A stretch of 64,000 nt of DNA, taken from assembly GCA_023920165.1 (NCBI GenBank), contig CP089277.1, forward strand, positions 3,720,001 to 3,784,000, written 5' to 3'. Positions 63,343 through 64,000 of the stretch are shown piece by piece (the stretch's first letter is position 1; each line of letters begins with the position of its first letter). This DNA is from Curvularia clavata. Its lineage: Eukaryota. The notes under the pieces were generated by a model. The model searched no databases and had not been told where the DNA came from. It saw only the letters and a program-made list of their open reading frames with translations. The position numbers and the translations under genes were made by a program.

Positions 63343-64000
63343 CTAAACGCGGGCAGCGACAAAGGCAGCAGCGGTGGGTGCATCCTGCTCGTAGTTGCTG
63401 TGCTGGGGAGTAAGGATAGCAGTGTTCTCGCAGATGAGGTCGCCCTCGTGGCAGATGATGAGGGTGTTGGCTACGTTGACCAGACCGAACGAGGTGTCGC
63501 GGTCAGCATCGCCGAATGTCACAACGGCGTTGACGCGCGCGGCCTGGGCAGCGGTAAGACGCTGAAGGGCCTTGTGGACGAGCTGGGCACCCTGAGAGTA
63601 GCCGGAGACAACGATCTTGGTTGAGGGGCAGCGAGAGGCAGTCTATGAGAGTCAGTATAAGTTCAGTCAGAAGGTTGTCAGAGTACTTACAGTGTTGATC
63701 AGGTTGAAGAGAGTAGTAGTTCCCTGGGCATCACCACCAGCCAAGAAGCCGAGGACGGTAGCAGGGTAGTTTACACCCTGAATGGCCAAACGGCTGATGC
63801 CTCCAACGCGAGCGGCAATGGCATTGAAGAAGGAAGGACCTTCAGAGCCAGCCTCACCAACGTTTCCGGCACCGTTCGTACCACGGGCGTAGAGGACTGA
63901 GATGGGGCGGCAGGCGGTGCCGTCTGTGAGCTGGTTGTATGTGTCGCCGTTGTACTGGCGCTTGGTGAGATCACGCTCCTCGACGCTCTCGCCCTCGATC
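63343..64000 (-). CDS. Cutinase (CE5), 5' truncated by window; intron 63643-63690
   Basis: Propeptide ending LTKR, then C.PISVLYARGT..AGNVG, QGVNYPA, CPSTKIVVSGYSQGAQ (catalytic Ser), VVTFGD, CHEGDLIC and H..Y. Not shown in the ORF track. Confidence 0.93.

Overview
Gene-dense, intron-rich chromosomal segment of a filamentous ascomycete, most likely a Pleosporales Dothideomycete (judged from the scytalone dehydratase sequence and the GTRNGT/CTRAC/YAG intron signals). I can support about 23 spliced protein-coding genes. In order: AIF-like oxidoreductase (partial), Kin4-like kinase, SYM1, a multi-pass membrane protein, PP4 regulatory subunit 2, Maf-like pyrophosphatase, NADP-dependent alkenal reductase, two hypothetical proteins, urease, a frameshifted HET-domain gene, scytalone dehydratase, a Nam8/Ngr1-like RRM protein, a conserved hypothetical, a zinc-ribbon protein, dynein light chain LC8 (7 micro-exons, absent from the ORF track), MRD1, a NACHT-ankyrin NLR next to a transposase relic, a triple-dsRBD protein, an HMG-box protein, Nit3 omega-amidase, a UNC93-like transporter and a cutinase (partial). 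The most notable hidden features are: a box C/D snoRNA (snR64-like, predicted guide for the 25S C2337 equivalent) in an MRD1 intron; an accessory-looking NLR island beside a standalone 3x dsRBD protein; a one-base frameshift in a G5 run of the HET gene; and an in-frame GC-AG intron plus UTR introns in the Nam8/Ngr1-like gene. I found no tRNA, rRNA or CRISPR array. I cannot claim a confirmed novel system. All calls come from reading the sequence and recalled family motifs, without database searches.
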